Below are positions 57,480-61,717 of a stretch of DNA of 61,717 nt, piece by piece. Where the stretch lies: positions 1 through 61,717 of the IMG/VR virus record IMGVR_UViG_3300027896_000040. One strand, given 5' to 3'. Origin of the DNA: a virus (taxonomy: Duplodnaviria > Caudoviricetes). The first letter of the stretch is position 1. The number at the start of each line of letters is the position of its first letter. The notes under the pieces were generated by a model. The model saw only the letters and a program-made list of their open reading frames with translations. It was not told the origin of the DNA and ran no database searches. The position numbers and the translations under genes were made by a program.

Positions 57480-60400
57480 ATGCTTTCGGCGTTTGCATAT
57501 TCTTTGTCGGGATTTAATAGTCTCTTACCTGTTGAGTTCATTTATCAGCATGATAATGATTTGATTATAAATCAAAACCAATTTGTAACGCAGCAAGGCT
57601 TGGTAATGAACTTGGTTAATGCTTTAAGTGGTCTTCAAGACGAAGCAATCATCAATTATTCAAACATGTTCTTAACCAACGCTATGTCGGTTAATGACAT
57701 TGTTTATTTACCACCAAAAGCAAGTACGTTAAATTTCACTTTTCCAACATATTTAGCATTTAATGCTTACCCAACAATAACACCAAGCTCATATTACCTT
57801 TATTATAATTCAAGCCCTTCAAATACAAGCACCCTCACATTTAGTTACTCATTAAGTAGTACATCCAACACAAATTTTATATTCTATGATGTTGATGGAT
57901 TGCATTGCACTATTTCTGTAATTGATCAAGGTATAACAAAATATCTTTCAGTTGGTGGTAATAATATATGCAATTTAAACTCGCAATACACTTTACTTGA
58001 ATATGCTATTGATAGTAATGGTAATTTAAAACTATTCTATAGAACACCAACAAACTTCTATTCATTAACATCCATAAACACGCAATACTTAAGTGCTGTT
58101 GATGTTTCAGTTACCCCGGTTGCATCAATTGGCTTTATTGTTACAAATTACTTAACACAGCCTCAACTTTATTTCAAAAACGACTTCATTTACTACAATA
58201 AGTCGGGTGTTAAAGACTTTTTAGTAAATTCAAGCAAGTCAGTAACAGATGTTCCACAAAACCATCTCCTTTATTACAATTACCAAAGTAAATATAACTT
58301 CTTAACAAGTTCAGATGTAAATGTAGATTTCTTTAAAGCCAAGAACGTTTTAAGTGACAATTATTACATCAATGATAAGTTACCATTTGGTAATGAAAAT
58401 GTTGTTCAAAGAAATTACACAAACATTCTTTCAAAACAAAATTCAGAAACGTTTAATGCACAATTACAATTAAATTACAATTACTATACAAAGGAATATG
58501 CTTTCTTACCAGACGTGGTTACAAAGTTTACATTACCACAAACCCTTTACCCGTACAGTGTTATTAACATAGATGATAGTAATTTAGTAAATGAAGGTGC
58601 TTATGGTGGGTTGACACCAGTGTTTTCTGATAAGGTTACAAAGTGGTTAAATCCAAATACAAACGTTGTAAACTATAATGAACAAAATGGTATATATCTT
58701 TATTCTTGGCTTTATACAGACACATCTCAATTAACATCATATTGGTTGGACAGATACTATTACCCAAAAGCAAATGCTCTTAACGTTGCTTATTCCGGTG
58801 TAAATGTTCAATCATTTAATTACACACCAGGGCTATCAAGTTTCTTACAAAGTAATAATGTACCAAGCTCACTTTACTACGATATTAGAAGTTCATTAAC
58901 TTTTGAGCCTTCATCAACTTATTACTATTCAAGAATTGGTAATAACTACATTAACAAGGTTGTTAATACATTTACTAAAGCAATTACAGCAGTTCAGTCA
59001 TTTAATGGTGCTAATGTAATGCAGCAACCAACAACAAGTCTCTCATTCTTTGGTAGTTCTTATGGTGCGTTCGTTGCTCAATCCCCACAAACAAATTCAT
59101 TAACAATTTCATTTGATTTAGAAACAAATACTCTTGATAATATAAACTCTAATTTAATAGTTGGTAATAATTATGATGAAGGTCTAAGTATATATAAAGG
59201 TGGGGTTAAAAATATCTTTACACCAGGCTATTTAGTCAATACCCTTTCTAGTGTTAACTTCTTTGATATTGACAATTTTAATACATTTAATGTTGCTGTA
59301 AGCACATTTATCAACTCACCTATCAAAGTACTTGATATAGTTAATACGGGTAATGACCACGTATTGAAGTTATTTTATTATAACCTTTCAAACAACACCC
59401 CTGGTTTCTTAGACTTTGCTGTTTATGGTAAAGTGTTGAACATTTTTGAATTCCCACAATTAGGTTCAGGATTTATTCCAAGTAGTCCAGGTACAAAATT
59501 TGGTTATCAAAACTTGTATGGTAAGCAATATATTGGTAATAGTCAAATCTGGTACTTATTAAAGCTTACACCTCAATTTGATAACGTTTCTTCAATTCAA
59601 GGTATAGCTTATGGTTTTGATTATCTAAACAATATATACCTTGGTTCTGTGGCATTACCAAATACAAACCAAGGGTTTTTCAATAGCTTTATTTCGTATA
59701 ATAATGCACTTTCAACGTTATCAGGTTATAGTGGTTTAATATTTGATAACATGGTAGGTGTATCAAAGTTAAACAATACAGTTTACTATAAAGACCTTTC
59801 AGCAGGTACAGAATATCCAACGTTATGCACCACCGGTGGTATCTTTGATATTGTTGCTTTAGACAATTATCTTTATATTCAAACAAATAGTTTTGTTGCT
59901 CAATTTGACGTATATAAGAACCCATACAACACCTACTTTAATAATACCAGTGCAGTTTCAGGATTAAAAATTGACTTTATAAACGATAACTTTAAAACGA
60001 AGTTAATTAGTTATGTTGCTGATGCTAATGGTCATATTTTAATTGATAAATTTGATTTAGTTACTGCAGAATTAGAAAGTACATACAATACTGGTATATT
60101 AGCTGATCCAGTTTTCTATAATGAATTCACATACACAAAGCCAGCATCTTATAATCTCTTTAAAGCAACTGGATTTGTAAACGGTAACTTTGTAAGTGGT
60201 GGTGTTGTAAATGCATACACACAAGTCACACCAATTTTAGATAGCCAAACATCAGTTAATGTAAATGCAGCAATTGTTGCTTATTCAATCGATGCAACTA
60301 ATAATTCGTTACTATCAGGTGTTGTTGATATTGGGGGTGGCCCAATACCAAACGATTTAGTAGTGTTTTTAATTAATACATCAAACAATACTATTATATC

Positions 60401-61717
60401 ATCATTAACAAGTGATGGTTCAATGACATCTTTAAATATAGTTTATTCCGGGTTACAACCAACAGGTTATAAGTTACAAGTTGTTAGGACAAATAATGTA
60501 AGCCAACCAGTAAACCTATCGCTTTCTATTCAAAGCGGTTCATTTTATAATGGTTCGTTTTATAATTATCTTATACCGCAGCAATACTTACCATACGGTG
60601 CAAGTATAATACCAACATATTTTACAGGTTATAATACAGCAAGTCTTACAGAGAAATATGGATTTATTAATCAAGCAGCAGTTAATGCTCTATCTTCATA
60701 TTATTTCCCATACAATACAATAACCCCAGTGAATGGTGTTATTAGCTTTAATAGCGTTACTTCTACAAATGGTAACTACCCATTCGCTAGTACATATAAC
60801 AATTATGTTTCACCAACGTTACCGTTATTTGTTCTAAGTGCATATGGCACGCAGAACATTACACCATACCAGATGTTAGTTGCTGTAACACCTAACGGTT
60901 CAATACCAGTGCCGCCATTATCTGGCATTGCTTTCCAAGTTCCAACAAATCTTGCTACAATTAATGCAGTAAATGAATTTGATCAGGGTGATATGGTAGC
61001 TAGATTAGACTTATATTCAGGCTTTGATTATAAGAATAAACAAATTGAAATTGTACCGTTTAATTTAGTAAATAACGCTTCTCAAATTGCTGTTGTATTA
61101 GATGTTATAAATGGATTTTTAAACATTTATACCGATGCAGAATTAATACAAACGGTTTCATTATCAGCAAATGTATTCTTTACAAGTCATTACTTGAATA
61201 ATAACTTCGGTGTTGGTGTACCATTTATTGATAACAAATCGATTTCAACGTTAGGTGAAAATTATAATAGTTACCCAAATAACTACACACTTAATAATAT
61301 CAATGTTTATAATGAAGCATTAAACCCGGACGAAATTAAGTTTAATTACTTAGCTAACCAAACAATTGATACAATCAATTTTGATGTCCCACAAGGTGTT
61401 AGAAACAATACTGATACAGTTACATCATTTAACAAAATGGTTGTACCTGGTAGAAAGAATAATAACTTAAAACTTTATGTTAAAAACGCTAACTTAACCC
61501 CAACAAGTCAAGCTCAATTAACACCACTTTTACTTTCTAAGTTACAGCAAATTATTCCACTATATATTAACAATGATCCAATTGATATTGAATATCTAGA
61601 TTATGTTGATACAACAACAATTAATCCATTAATTTCACCATCACCAACACCGTCAGTAACACCTACACCATCTGTTACACCATCAATAACGCCTTCAGTT
61701 ACACCGTCATTTACACC
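57480..61717 (+). CDS. Very large (>1400 aa) probable virion protein, runs off window; not in ORF track
   Basis: ATG after TAAATA, frame open wherever checked and at the window end; LamG-like motif near end and TP/SP repeats from ~61636. Confidence 0.8.
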   Translation, partial: MLSAFAYSLSGFNSLLPVEFIYQHDNDLIINQNQFVTQQGLVMNLVNALSGLQDEAIINYSNMFLTNAMSVNDIVYLPPKASTLNFTFPTYLAFNAYPTITPSSYYLYYNSSPSNTSTLTFSYSLSSTSNTNFIFYDVDGLHCTISVIDQGITKYLSVGGNNICNLNSQYTLLEYAIDSNGNLKLFYRTPTNFYSLTSINTQYLSAVDVSVTPVASIGFIVTNYLTQPQLYFKNDFIYYNKSGVKDFLVNSSKSVTDVPQNHLLYYNYQSKYNFLTSSDVNVDFFKAKNVLSDNYYINDKLPFGNENVVQRNYTNILSKQNSETFNAQLQLNYNYYTKEYAFLPDVVTKFTLPQTLYPYSVINIDDSNLVNEGAYGGLTPVFSDKVTKWLNPNTNVVNYNEQNGIYLYSWLYTDTSQLTSYWLDRYYYPKANALNVAYSGVNVQSFNYTPGLSSFLQSNNVPSSLYYDIRSSLTFEPSSTYYYSRIGNNYINKVVNTFTKAITAVQSFNGANVMQQPTTSLSFFGSSYGAFVAQSPQTNSLTISFDLETNTLDNINSNLIVGNNYDEGLSIYKGGVKNIFTPGYLVNTLSSVNFFDIDNFNTFNVAVSTFINSPIKVLDIVNTGNDHVLKLFYYNLSNNTPGFLDFAVYGKVLNIFEFPQLGSGFIPSSPGTKFGYQNLYGKQYIGNSQIWYLLKLTPQFDNVSSIQGIAYGFDYLNNIYLGSVALPNTNQGFFNSFISYNNALSTLSGYSGLIFDNMVGVSKLNNTVYYKDLSAGTEYPTLCTTGGIFDIVALDNYLYIQTNSFVAQFDVYKNPYNTYFNNTSAVSGLKIDFINDNFKTKLISYVADANGHILIDKFDLVTAELESTYNTGILADPVFYNEFTYTKPASYNLFKATGFVNGNFVSGGVVNAYTQVTPILDSQTSVNVNAAIVAYSIDATNNSLLSGVVDIGGGPIPNDLVVFLINTSNNTIISSLTSDGSMTSLNIVYSGLQPTGYKLQVVRTNNVSQPVNLSLSIQSGSFYNGSFYNYLIPQQYLPYGASIIPTYFTGYNTASLTEKYGFINQAAVNALSSYYFPYNTITPVNGVISFNSVTSTNGNYPFASTYNNYVSPTLPLFVLSAYGTQNITPYQMLVAVTPNGSIPVPPLSGIAFQVPTNLATINAVNEFDQGDMVARLDLYSGFDYKNKQIEIVPFNLVNNASQIAVVLDVINGFLNIYTDAELIQTVSLSANVFFTSHYLNNNFGVGVPFIDNKSISTLGENYNSYPNNYTLNNINVYNEALNPDEIKFNYLANQTIDTINFDVPQGVRNNTDTVTSFNKMVVPGRKNNNLKLYVKNANLTPTSQAQLTPLLLSKLQQIIPLYINNDPIDIEYLDYVDTTTINPLISPSPTPSVTPTPSVTPSITPSVTPSFT

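Noticed and set aside
59689-59925. Minus-strand 78-aa ORF
   Set aside because: Antisense shadow inside the large 57480+ gene.
1-61717. Stop-codon recoding (CUA tRNA remnant; in-frame TAA at 43384 and 53350)
   Set aside because: Long genes are open in code 11, TAG and TAA end normal genes, and both TAA-containing genes also carry frameshifts.

Overview
AT-rich segment of a large lytic dsDNA (jumbo/T4-like) bacteriophage genome, standard genetic code. It contains: (i) 1-16.7 kb, small minus-strand early-type genes, including five paralogous HREDGPA-repeat genes, a non-coding repeat region (candidate origin), thyX, guaC, phosphoesterases and two structured RNAs; (ii) 16.8-22.5 kb, a csgF-csgG-curlin-like-FecR-CHASE2/adenylate cyclase operon divergent from a membrane cNMP-binding protein; (iii) 23.8-33.8 kb, a glycosylation island (gmd, HtrL-like, GT-A proteins, methyltransferase, two GT60-type GlcNAc transferases); (iv) 37.8-46.1 kb, a stable-RNA array with about 24 apparently intact tRNAs, several tRNA remnants, tmRNA, a group I intron in tRNA-Lys, homing endonucleases and unassigned structured RNAs; (v) 47.7-61.7 kb, plus-strand virion/tail genes with mucin-like Pro/Thr/Ser repeats. 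Most genes appear leaderless, driven by a GGAAC-N5-TATAAT or TAAATA motif 5-6 nt before the start codon. The top finding is a classical attenuator at the head of the tRNA array. Its 25-codon leader peptide uses 19 of 20 amino acids and 23 different codons, suggesting a pan-codon sensor that switches on phage tRNAs when translation stalls. All calls were made by eye, with no database searches.
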